From Dehalococcoidales bacterium (lineage in GTDB: Bacteria; Chloroflexota; Dehalococcoidia; Dehalococcoidales; Fen-1064): a stretch of 64,000 bases of DNA. Made by a program: the position numbers and the translations under genes. The stretch is taken from contig DATKWT010000091.1 in assembly GCA_035529395.1 (NCBI GenBank), positions 135-64,134 of the forward strand, read 5' to 3'. Below are positions 8,627 to 16,896 of the stretch, piece after piece. The notes under the pieces are model-generated. The model saw only the letters and a list, made by a program, of their open reading frames with translations, made no database searches and was not told the DNA's origin. The stretch's first letter is position 1. Each line of letters begins with the position of its first letter.

Positions 8627-8965
8627 ATGAGGTACGCAGTACCGGTAAACAATGGTATATTATCACCACACTTCGGTCACTGTGAGCATTTTGCCATGCT
8701 CGATGTTGACGTCGAAAAAAAGGAGATACTCAAGAATGAGCTTGTGCCGTCACCGGGCCATCAGCCGGGTCTTCTTCCGCAGTGGCTGGCCGACCAGGGG
8801 GTCTCGGTAGTAATTGCTGGTGGTATGGGTTCGCGCGCCCAGGACCTTTTCCAGCAGAACCGCATCCAGGTCGTTATCGGTGCCCAGGAAGGTGACCCGG
8901 AGAAGGCGGTGCTGAGCTATCTGCATGAAGAATTGGCTACCGAAGATAACATATGTGACCACTAA
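8627..8965 (+). CDS. NifX/NifB-like (FeMo-cofactor-biosynthesis domain) protein, copy 2
   Basis: Start at the ATG 5 nt after GGAGGT (the track starts at a TTG at 8615). Motifs are PHFGHCEHF, VIAGGMG and IQVV.G. Confidence 0.8.
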   Translation: MRYAVPVNNGILSPHFGHCEHFAMLDVDVEKKEILKNELVPSPGHQPGLLPQWLADQGVSVVIAGGMGSRAQDLFQQNRIQVVIGAQEGDPEKAVLSYLHEELATEDNICDH

Positions 8966-8994
8966 AGGATGAAAATGGGAATAGAGGAGTATAG

Positions 8995-9999
8995 ATGGTA
9001 ACTGAGGAGCAAGTAAGAGAAAGCCTGGAGGGAGTGCTTGTACCCGCTATCAAACGCAGTATTATCAGGCTGAATCTGGTGCGTGAGGTAGCTATCACTG
9101 ACGGCAAAGTCAGGATTGTTCTGGCTTCGACGGGGCTGATTACGGGTGCTCAGGACTGGGTTAAGGACCAGGTTGTGGAGGTCGTGAAGAAGCTGCCCGA
9201 AGCTGGCGAAGTAGAAGTAGAATTTGTTGAGGCCACGCCGGCTGAGTTAAATGAGATTGGTCATGTTATTGCGATAATGAGTGGGAAGGGTGGTGTAGGC
9301 AAGTCGTTGATGGCCAGCCTTACTGCCATCTCACTGAGACGACTGGGCTATGAAGTAGGTATCCTGGATGCTGATATCACCGGCCCCAGTATACCCAGGA
9401 TGTTCGGCATCAATACCCGGCCTGGCGGTAACGAAAGTGGCATGTTACCGGTCCTGTCAAAATCAGAGATTGAAGTCATGTCCATCAACCTTCTTCTGCC
9501 CAGCGAGGACGACGCTGTTATCTGGCGTGGTCCACTTATCGGCAAGGCGATTACCCAGTTCTGGGAAGAAGTGCTCTGGGGCAAGCTTGATTACCTGATT
9601 ATCGACCTTCCACCGGGAACGGCCGACGCTCCTCTTACAGTGATGCAGACACTACCTATTTCCGGTGTAGTTATTGTTTTCACGCCTCAGGACCTGACCG
9701 CAATGGTTGTCAGAAAAGCCGTAAACATGGCGCAGAAAATGGAGAAGCCAATCCTGGGAGTAGTCGAGAACATGGCCTATCTATATGTCCCTGAGATAGA
9801 TAAGAAGATTGAGCTGTTCGGTAGCAGCCAGGGGGAGGAGATGGCCCGGGTATCCAATGCACCGTTCCTGGGACAGTTGCCCATAGACCCGGAACTGGCA
9901 AAGCTATGTGACGAGGGGAATGTTGAGCGATATAGTGCCGAGTTAGTAGATAACCTGGGTAAGTCTCTTTCCGAGGCGACATCAGGCGATAAAGCATAA
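8995..9999 (+). CDS. Mrp/NBP35/ApbC-family Fe-S cluster carrier ATPase with an N-terminal DUF59-like domain
   Basis: The N-terminal ~85 aa are MIP18/DUF59-like, followed by [21 protein letters not shown] and IIDLPPGT. Confidence 0.85.
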   Translation: MVTEEQVRESLEGVLVPAIKRSIIRLNLVREVAITDGKVRIVLASTGLITGAQDWVKDQVVEVVKKLPEAGEVEVEFVEATPAELNEIGHVIAIMSGKGGVGKSLMASLTAISLRRLGYEVGILDADITGPSIPRMFGINTRPGGNESGMLPVLSKSEIEVMSINLLLPSEDDAVIWRGPLIGKAITQFWEEVLWGKLDYLIIDLPPGTADAPLTVMQTLPISGVVIVFTPQDLTAMVVRKAVNMAQKMEKPILGVVENMAYLYVPEIDKKIELFGSSQGEEMARVSNAPFLGQLPIDPELAKLCDEGNVERYSAELVDNLGKSLSEATSGDKA

Positions 10000-10015
10000 G
10001 TCAGGAGGTTGTGCT

Positions 10016-10465
10016 GTGGCTGTATCACGGGAAAAGCTCGAAGAACTGCTCAAGCAGGAGATGAGGAAGATTTACTCCGAGACAGTTATCGACCACAGCA
10101 TGCACCCGAGAAACACCGGTAATCCTGGTGACGCCGACGGTTATGCGAAAGTAACCGGTCCCTGTGGCGATACCATGGAAATGTGGCTCAAAGTAAAAGA
10201 TGACATAATCCGTGATGCCAGTTTCATGACCGATGGTTGTAGCACAACCATTGCTGCCAGCAGCATGGTTACCGAGATGGCGAAAGGCAGGACTGCGGGC
10301 GAGGCCCAGAGGATTAGCCAGCGGGATATCCTGGATGCTCTGGGTGGGTTACCTGAGGACGGCGAGCACTGTGCCCTTCTTGCCTCAGATACGCTGAAGG
10401 AAGCGATAAGGGACTACCTCGCCATGAAAAGAGAGCCGTGGAAGAAGGGCTACCGGCAACACTAG
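10016..10465 (+). CDS. IscU/NifU-N-type Fe-S scaffold protein
   Basis: Three scaffold Cys in context (GPCGD, DGCSTTIA, HCALLA). GTG start lies 7 nt after AGGAGG. Confidence 0.85.
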   Translation: MAVSREKLEELLKQEMRKIYSETVIDHSMHPRNTGNPGDADGYAKVTGPCGDTMEMWLKVKDDIIRDASFMTDGCSTTIAASSMVTEMAKGRTAGEAQRISQRDILDALGGLPEDGEHCALLASDTLKEAIRDYLAMKREPWKKGYRQH

Positions 10466-10485
10466 CTGAGCAATAGTATAATCCG

Positions 10486-10541
10486 GACTCTCCAGGTCAG
10501 TATACCGGGAACTCATCGGACTGGCATGGAGGGTCTTTTTT
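10486..10541 (+). terminator. Rho-independent terminator candidate after the IscU gene
   Basis: Imperfect 16-nt arms GACTCTCCAGGTCAGT / ACTGGCATGGAGGGTC (3 mismatches) followed by TTTTTT. Confidence 0.5.
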
Positions 10542-10684
10542 CTATCATCACCCTGTCTACTCCCGCTGGACAACATCCAACTCAGAACCCGCGCTTGATT
10601 AAACTTTCTGTATCTGCTATCCGTGGGTGTTCAGTGCTATCTGAAGCGTGTGACGTGGTATTATACCCCGATTTATAGCAGGAA

Positions 10685-10713
10685 TTGACATAGCTATACG
10701 GGTTGTTTATAAT
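10685..10713 (+). promoter_or_regulatory. Consensus sigma-70 promoter (TTGACA-17 nt-TATAAT) upstream of Fur paralogue 2
   Basis: Both hexamers match consensus exactly with a 17-nt spacer, 36 nt upstream of the ATG at 10749. Confidence 0.7.
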
Positions 10714-10748
10714 AGTAGTTGGGAATGAGACGCATTAGCGATACTTAA

Positions 10749-11174
10749 ATGACTACAAAGAGCATTCGTAGAGAACTGAACGTACCGGGACTGAGAGCTA
10801 CTAACCAGCGGCTTCTGGTGATGCAGATAATACAACATGGGCAAGGGCACCTGGATGCTGATGAAATCTATCGTCGGGCCCGAGAGAAAAACCCCCGCCT
10901 CAGCCTGTCCACCGTTTATCGTACCCTGCAAACTCTTAAGAAATATGGTTTGATAGAGGAGCTTCATCTTGATGAGGGGCATCACCATTATGAGAAGCGG
11001 ACTGCCCAGCACCACCACCTGGTCTGTCTCGGGTGTGGCAGGGTCGTTGAATTCCGGTACCCGTTAGCCAGCCTGATAAAGAAGAATGTCAGAGAAGCCA
11101 GAGAATTTAATATTACCAGTAGCGAAATCAGAATGACGGGCTATTGCCCGAAGTGTCGTCAAGAGAGGGAATAG
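10749..11174 (+). CDS. Fur-family metalloregulator (paralogue 2)
   Basis: SLSTVYRTLQTLKKYGLI, HHHLVCLGCG and a C-terminal CPKC. It lies immediately upstream of feoAB. Confidence 0.85.
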   Translation: MTTKSIRRELNVPGLRATNQRLLVMQIIQHGQGHLDADEIYRRAREKNPRLSLSTVYRTLQTLKKYGLIEELHLDEGHHHYEKRTAQHHHLVCLGCGRVVEFRYPLASLIKKNVREAREFNITSSEIRMTGYCPKCRQERE

Positions 11175-11249
11175 CGTACGGGCAAGCTCTTTGTGACACA
11201 GTGTATTTTTACTCGGAACTATAAAGGCTGGGTGTAACCAGAGAAATGG

Positions 11250-11582
11250 ATGCGGTACATGTTCAGATTCGGGGGCAGGTTCAGACATGGATTTCAGGGC
11301 AGGTTCAAACGTGGATTTGGGTGGGGTGAAGGGCAACTAACTCTAGCGCGAATGCAGACCGGGCAGAGCGGCATAGTGGTCCAGGTACTGTCCGGACATG
11401 GTGTGATTAAGCGTCTTGGTGCTCTGGGACTCAGACCTGGGCTGAGAGTTACCAAGGTTAATTCTTCATTCATGCGGGGACCGGTAACGGTACAGTTCGG
11501 TAATACCCAGGTAGCTATTGGCTTCGGCATGGCCAGCAGGATAGTGGTGGAACCGATAGAATCCCGGAATGAAAGGCCATAG
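11250..11582 (+). CDS. feoA: FeoA-domain protein with an Arg/Gly/Phe-rich N-terminal extension
   Basis: FeoA SH3-like core (LA.M..GQ.G.VV.V....G...RL.ALGLRPG..V.......GP....FG...VAIG...A..I.V). The ~29-aa N-terminus is MRYMFRFGGRFRHGFQGRFKRGFGWGEG. Confidence 0.75.
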   Translation: MRYMFRFGGRFRHGFQGRFKRGFGWGEGQLTLARMQTGQSGIVVQVLSGHGVIKRLGALGLRPGLRVTKVNSSFMRGPVTVQFGNTQVAIGFGMASRIVVEPIESRNERP

Positions 11583-13329
11583 CGTGGTGACCAGCAACAG
11601 CAGCAAGAGCACTGGCATCAAGAGAGTGCTGCTGATGGGTAACCCCAATGTGGGCAAGAGTGTCATTTTCTCCCGTCTGACTGGCACCCGGGTGATTGCT
11701 TCTAATTATCCGGGCACCACGGTAGGCTACAGCCAGGGGTTCATGAACCTGGGGGAAGACAGGGTCGAGGTTATTGATGTACCCGGTACCTATACGCTGG
11801 AACCAACCAGCGAGGCTGAAGAAATAGCCTCCGAGATGCTCAACACCGGAGACTTAATCATAAATGTGGTTGACGCTACCAATCTGGAGAGAAATCTTTA
11901 TCTGACTCAGCAATTATTGGAACGGGACATACCGCTAGTAGTGGCGCTCAATATCTGGGATGAGACCGAACATCGAGGAATACATATTGAGCTGGATAAG
12001 CTGAGGGAACGCCTGGGGGTGCCGGTTATTCCCACCGTGGCGGTAAGCGGTCAGGGGATAAAGGAACTCGTTACCAGTATTGTCAGCGCAACTTCACCTG
12101 ATACTCCTGCCCGCAGCTATGATGAGCGCTGGGCTACTATTGGCGGTATTATCAGCCAGGTCCAGCGCATTACTCATCGACATCATACCTGGCGGGAGCA
12201 CCTCGGGGATGCCAGCGTGCAGCCATTAGCCGGTGGCATCATAGCCTTAGTTGTTCTTGCCGTTGCCTTTCTGGTAGTCCGCTTCATCGGGGAAAACCTC
12301 ATCGGTTATGTGCTTGAGCCCCTGTTCGACACTCTGTGGGCGCCGGTGGTATTGAGGTTAAGTGACATCCTCGGCGGTTCGGGATTTTTCCATGATATCC
12401 TGATTGGTAAGATTGTTGGTGGCGAAGTCAACTTTGTTGAATCATTTGGCTTGTTGACCACCGGGCTCTTTGTCCCCTTTGGCATGGTGTTGCCTTACAT
12501 AATATCTTTCTATCTGGTGCTGGGCATGTTCGAGGATACAGGTTACCTGCCGCGGCTGGCAGTTCTGATGGATACCCTGATGCACCGTCTGGGCTTGCAC
12601 GGCTATGCAATCATTCCGAGTATGCTGGGTCTGGGCTGCAATGTACCGGCTGTTCTGGCCACCCGCATCCTGGAGAGCAAGAGGGAGAGATTCATTGCGG
12701 CAACATTGATATCTATTGCCATACCCTGTGCTGCCCTGCAAGCAATGATATTCGGCCTGGTGGGGGAGCAGGGGGCGCAGTATGTGGCCATTGTCTTCGG
12801 GACACTGTTCGTAGTCTGGATTATTCTGGGAGTAATAATAAACCGCTTCGCCAGAGGATTCAGCCCCGAGTTGCTGATAGAGATACCACCCTATCGTATG
12901 CCACCGTGGCGGACCGTATTGCAGAAGCTGTGGATGAGGGTCAACGGTTTCCTGAAAGAGGCTATCCCCATAATCCTGGGTGCTGTGCTGGTAATAAATA
13001 TACTCTATACTTTGGGGATATTTGATGCTATCGCTGATTTTGCATCACCTGTGGTAACCGGTCTCCTGGGACTACCCAAGGAGGCTGTAACGGCCCTGGT
13101 TATCGGTTTCCTGCGTAAAGATGTAGCCCTGGGCATGCTCGCTCCCCTGGGAATGAGTGCCAACCAGCTGGTCGTTGGTAGCGTTGTCCTGGCCATGTTC
13201 TTCCCCTGCGTGGCTACATTTGTAGTTCTTCTGAGAGAGCTCGGGGTTGTCAATATGCTCAAATCGGTGGCAATAATGATTGCCACCGCATTACTGGTGG
13301 GAGGGGCACTAAACCTGATTCTGCAGTAG
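11569..13329 (+). CDS. feoB: Ferrous iron transporter FeoB
   Basis: The N-terminal G-domain has GNPNVGKS and DVPGTY, followed by a polytopic membrane domain. It overlaps feoA by 14 nt. Confidence 0.9.
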   Translation: MKGHSVVTSNSSKSTGIKRVLLMGNPNVGKSVIFSRLTGTRVIASNYPGTTVGYSQGFMNLGEDRVEVIDVPGTYTLEPTSEAEEIASEMLNTGDLIINVVDATNLERNLYLTQQLLERDIPLVVALNIWDETEHRGIHIELDKLRERLGVPVIPTVAVSGQGIKELVTSIVSATSPDTPARSYDERWATIGGIISQVQRITHRHHTWREHLGDASVQPLAGGIIALVVLAVAFLVVRFIGENLIGYVLEPLFDTLWAPVVLRLSDILGGSGFFHDILIGKIVGGEVNFVESFGLLTTGLFVPFGMVLPYIISFYLVLGMFEDTGYLPRLAVLMDTLMHRLGLHGYAIIPSMLGLGCNVPAVLATRILESKRERFIAATLISIAIPCAALQAMIFGLVGEQGAQYVAIVFGTLFVVWIILGVIINRFARGFSPELLIEIPPYRMPPWRTVLQKLWMRVNGFLKEAIPIILGAVLVINILYTLGIFDAIADFASPVVTGLLGLPKEAVTALVIGFLRKDVALGMLAPLGMSANQLVVGSVVLAMFFPCVATFVVLLRELGVVNMLKSVAIMIATALLVGGALNLILQ

Positions 13330-13517
13330 CCACAACCTGCTGCAAGGGTTGGTGACATCAGTATCTGATATAAGGTCCACGGAGAGCGGGGATGTCCAAT
13401 CCCCCACAAGTTTCTACCTTAATCAGGAAAAGGAAACCACCCCGAATAAAGCCCTGGTGCTCTCGTTCCAATAGAAGGCTGACACAACTCCCTGCATGGA
13501 GGGGAACTTTTCTTCTT

Positions 13518-13550
13518 GTGTGGGAAGCTGGCAAAGCCAGCTTCCCACAC
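13518..13550. repeat. Perfect hairpin with a 15-bp stem: GTGTGGGAAGCTGGC-AAA-GCCAGCTTCCCACAC
   Basis: Read directly from the sequence. It shares the 13-nt core CTGGCAAAGCCAG with a hairpin inside MITE-like copy A (21464-21484). Confidence 0.6.
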
Positions 13551-13564
13551 ATATAGATATCGCC

Positions 13565-13585
13565 CCTTTCTCCAGAGGAGAAAGG
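13565..13585. repeat. Perfect 9-bp hairpin CCTTTCTCC-AGA-GGAGAAAGG
   Basis: Read directly from the sequence, within the 468-bp feoB/13798 intergenic region. Confidence 0.5.
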
Positions 13586-13657
13586 CGTAAGGGGAGTGAG
13601 GCATTGCCCCACGAGGAGGCCGCCAGTCCCATAGTTAACCGTACAGGTACTCTCCGG

Positions 13658-13710
13658 TGGCAACCAGCGTCGGTTGTACTGGAGTGTCACTTATGTCCTG
13701 GACACCGCAC
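13658..13710 (+). repeat. Conserved ~52-nt non-coding element, copy 1 (family 2)
   Basis: About 77% identical, with one gap, to 56695-56746. Shared blocks are TGGCA.CCAGC, TGGAGTGTCAC and ATGTCCTG. It lies 10 nt upstream of a TTGACA at 13720-13725. Confidence 0.6.
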
Positions 13711-13797
13711 AACAACCGTTTGACATTCATCACGGCTAAATGCTAGCCTACCTTGGTTTTCCCCGTAGAATAGAAGGTATGTATCAGGAGGTTTACA

Positions 13798-14832
13798 ATG
13801 TGGGACGAATCAAAATGTGACCTGTGTGGTGATTGCCTGGTGAAGTGCCGTTATACCGATTATGACAAAGATAAAGCCGTATCTGAAATCAAGCTGCTCA
13901 TGGAGGGCAAAGACGCCGAGATACTGCACACGTGTATCACCTGTATCGCCTGTAATGATTACTGCCCAACCGGGGCCGACCCTTCAAACCTTATCTTCAA
14001 GATGCAGGAAAAGATAGGTACCTGTCCTCTAGTAGTTTCAATGAAACCAAATCTGGATAGAATTGCCCAGGGACTTGAGGGAAAGGGAGAGACCGGCGAA
14101 CTGATACCGGGCGACTCTGATAGACCTGTCCTGTCACTCGATTCCTTCGGTTTACGGTTGATACCCGATGGTACCCTCGACAGCCAGATATTCAAGGGTA
14201 TGACTGTGGTCAGGGGCGGTGAGTATATGTCTCTCGTCGGCTGTGTGCACTTTGGTGGCGAGAGCTTTGTTGAGCGGTATGCCCGGAGCGTCATCGACAA
14301 GCTGGCTAGTTTGGGCAAGGATATCGTCTACTTTCACAATGAGGGCTTTGCCCTGGTACACGTCCGGGCCAGGGAGCGCGGCATCATCGCTCCCTTCAAA
14401 TACATGCACCTCTTCGAGTACCTGCGCAACTACCTGAGAGAGCACCAGGGTAGCATCACCAGGCTCGGTAAGAAGGTTGCCTACCAGGCCAATTGCGCCA
14501 CCCGGTACGTGCCGGAGCAGGATGCCTTCCTTGACGAGGTCTTGGAGTTAATTGGTGTAGAGAGGCCGACAAGGCAATACGAGCGATTGGATGCGCTTTG
14601 TTGCGCCGGACCGATTATGGCTGCCAATAACAAGCTGGCGATTGATATCCAGGAGAAAAATATCAGGGATGCTATCGATTGTGGTGCTGATGCCATGATA
14701 ACCTCCTGCCCTATGTGTGATTTAGTGTTACAGCAGCCTACATCACAGCATAGTCTACCCAAGATACCTATCTCTGAACTATGCCGTATGGCCCTGGGTG
14801 AGAAGCCGTTCCCCGAATCGACCCCGGCCTGA
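13798..14832 (+). CDS. (Fe-S)-binding oxidoreductase, HdrD/GlpC-like, with a CCG-type cysteine motif
   Basis: N-terminal ferredoxin-like CDLCGDCLVKC and CITCIACNDYCP. The C-terminal motif is C-x34-CC-x34-C-x2-C (NCATRY...LCCAGP...SCPMC). Confidence 0.75.
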   Translation: MWDESKCDLCGDCLVKCRYTDYDKDKAVSEIKLLMEGKDAEILHTCITCIACNDYCPTGADPSNLIFKMQEKIGTCPLVVSMKPNLDRIAQGLEGKGETGELIPGDSDRPVLSLDSFGLRLIPDGTLDSQIFKGMTVVRGGEYMSLVGCVHFGGESFVERYARSVIDKLASLGKDIVYFHNEGFALVHVRARERGIIAPFKYMHLFEYLRNYLREHQGSITRLGKKVAYQANCATRYVPEQDAFLDEVLELIGVERPTRQYERLDALCCAGPIMAANNKLAIDIQEKNIRDAIDCGADAMITSCPMCDLVLQQPTSQHSLPKIPISELCRMALGEKPFPESTPA

Positions 14833-14919
14833 GTGTAGAAGGATATCAGGAGTATCCGGCGTCCTCCGCTACCATGATAACCGGAACCTGATGTCGGGAA
14901 GACCTTCCGGAGGTTAAAT

Positions 14920-16848
14920 ATGTCTCAAGAATTCAAGCATCTTTTTTCACCCATCAAGCTGGGGCCGATGACAGTACGCAATAGAATAGTCTCATCTTCC
15001 CACGCCACCAATTTCCACTCAGTGGTCGGCCCTATCACCGATAGGGCGTTCCATTACTATTTATCCAAGGCGAAGGGTGGGTTGGGGCTCATCGTGACCC
15101 AGTTCACTGTACCTATGGCGCTTCAGAGTGATGCTGCGATCCCCACCTATAGGAATCTAGCCGACGCCATTCACCAGGAGGGTACGAAGCTGATGGTGCA
15201 GCTGGTGCTCCCCGGGAAGTTTGGGAGTTCAGATACATATGGGGGAACGCTTTCATCTTCATCGCCAATACCAGCCACGACTCCCTACAGGGGTACGGGG
15301 GAAGTGCCTCGCCAGATGGAAATCGAGGAGATAAAGGAGGCAGTCCAGGGATTTGCTGATGCCGCCAGGAGGGCATGTGAAGCCGGTCTTGACGGCGTGG
15401 AAATAAGTCTTGCCGTCGGTTTCCTGTTCTCCCAGTTTATATCGCCTGTCTTTAATCAGAGAACCGACGAATACGGTGGCAGCCTGGAGAATCGACTCCG
15501 TTTTCCTATCGAGACCATCGATGCCGTCAGAGATGCTGTCGGGAAGGACTTCGTTGTTGGTATCAGGTTGACCGGGGACGAGTTTCTCGAGGGTGGCATT
15601 GACCTGGAACTGGCCAAACTGAATGCCCAGAGATTAGAGGCCACCGGGAAGCTGGACTACATCAGTATCTGTGCCGGCACTTTCTTTAATCCGGAAGCAC
15701 ATATTCCTCCCATGTATTTTCCTCTGGGATGTTTTGTTTACCTTGCTGCTGCCATTAAGGAGGCGGTGAATCTACCGGTGATGACGGTGGGTAGAATAAA
15801 TGATCCGGTGCAGGCGGAGAAAATCCTGGCGGACAATCAGGCAGACCTGATAATCATGAATCGGGCTACTATCTGCGACCCGGAAATGCCAAAGAAGGTC
15901 CAGGAGGGCAGGCTTGATGAAATACGTAAGTGTACCGGCTGTAACGAAGGTTGTCTCGGCAGGTGGGTCCAGGGTCTTCCCATAACCTGTGCCTATAATC
16001 CTGAGGTGGGTCGGGAGAGTGAGTTTGCCATAACGGAGGCACCCGTCAAGAAAAAGGTAATGGTCATCGGTGGGGGTGCCGCCGGTCTGGAGACAGCCCG
16101 GGTGGCTGCGTTGAGGGGTCACCAGGTATCCCTGTACGAAAAGGGAAGCGAATTGGGTGGGCAACTGAATATAGCGGTCAAAGCCCCGATGAGGGATGAT
16201 TTCCTCGAGGTACCTCGTTACTATACGCACCAGATGAAGCTTCTGGGAGTGGACGTCAACCTTGAAACCGAGGTAACTTCGGAAATGGTTGAGTCAATAA
16301 GTCCGGATGCCGTGGTGGTGGCAACGGGTTCCCTGCCCTATCTAACAACAATACCAGGTGTTGAGGGAGCCAATGTTGTCGAGGTGCGCGAGTTGCTTCA
16401 GGAGAAGGTAGAGGCGGGGCAAAACGTGGTCGTTATTGCCGGAGAACAGCATATCCAGGCGTTGAGTGCGGCTGATTTCCTGGCGGAGCAGGGGAAGACG
16501 GTAGAGCTACTGACTGATGGGCTCTATCCCGGTGCGTTGCTCGACCCGGCGACGCTAATGGTTGTATTGCCCAGACTGCTGGCCAGGGGGGTTAAGATAA
16601 CCCCCAGCACTGGAGTGAAAGAGATAACAGAAAACGCAGTAGTTGTCTTCAATGCTTTCACCAGGGAGGAGAGAAGAATCGAGGGTGTCGATACGATGGT
16701 AATTGCCACCGCTGGCAGGGCCGACGACAGGCTCTATCGTGCTCTAAAGGGCAAAGTGCAGGAGCTGCACGCGGTTGGTCACTGTATATCGCCACGCAAG
16801 ATGATTACCTCGGTTCTCGATGGAGCTATGGTGGGACGGATGCTGTAG
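14920..16848 (+). CDS. NADH:flavin oxidoreductase of the 2,4-dienoyl-CoA reductase / enoate reductase family
   Basis: An OYE-like N-terminal half, the 4Fe-4S motif CTGCNEGC..(11)..C, then VMVIGGGAAGLE (GxGxxG) and a second dinucleotide-binding fold. Confidence 0.85.
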   Translation: MSQEFKHLFSPIKLGPMTVRNRIVSSSHATNFHSVVGPITDRAFHYYLSKAKGGLGLIVTQFTVPMALQSDAAIPTYRNLADAIHQEGTKLMVQLVLPGKFGSSDTYGGTLSSSSPIPATTPYRGTGEVPRQMEIEEIKEAVQGFADAARRACEAGLDGVEISLAVGFLFSQFISPVFNQRTDEYGGSLENRLRFPIETIDAVRDAVGKDFVVGIRLTGDEFLEGGIDLELAKLNAQRLEATGKLDYISICAGTFFNPEAHIPPMYFPLGCFVYLAAAIKEAVNLPVMTVGRINDPVQAEKILADNQADLIIMNRATICDPEMPKKVQEGRLDEIRKCTGCNEGCLGRWVQGLPITCAYNPEVGRESEFAITEAPVKKKVMVIGGGAAGLETARVAALRGHQVSLYEKGSELGGQLNIAVKAPMRDDFLEVPRYYTHQMKLLGVDVNLETEVTSEMVESISPDAVVVATGSLPYLTTIPGVEGANVVEVRELLQEKVEAGQNVVVIAGEQHIQALSAADFLAEQGKTVELLTDGLYPGALLDPATLMVVLPRLLARGVKITPSTGVKEITENAVVVFNAFTREERRIEGVDTMVIATAGRADDRLYRALKGKVQELHAVGHCISPRKMITSVLDGAMVGRML

Positions 16849-16896
16849 CACAACCCTGGGATGGCTCTGGATGTTCTGCATGAAAGGACAGTTGAG

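Noticed and set aside
10714-11249. Canonical Fur boxes (GATAATGATAATCATTATC-like or 7-1-7 TGATAAT.ATTATCA) upstream of fur paralogue 2 and feoA.
   Set aside because: I could not find a convincing match by eye. This lineage may use a divergent operator, so I make no call.
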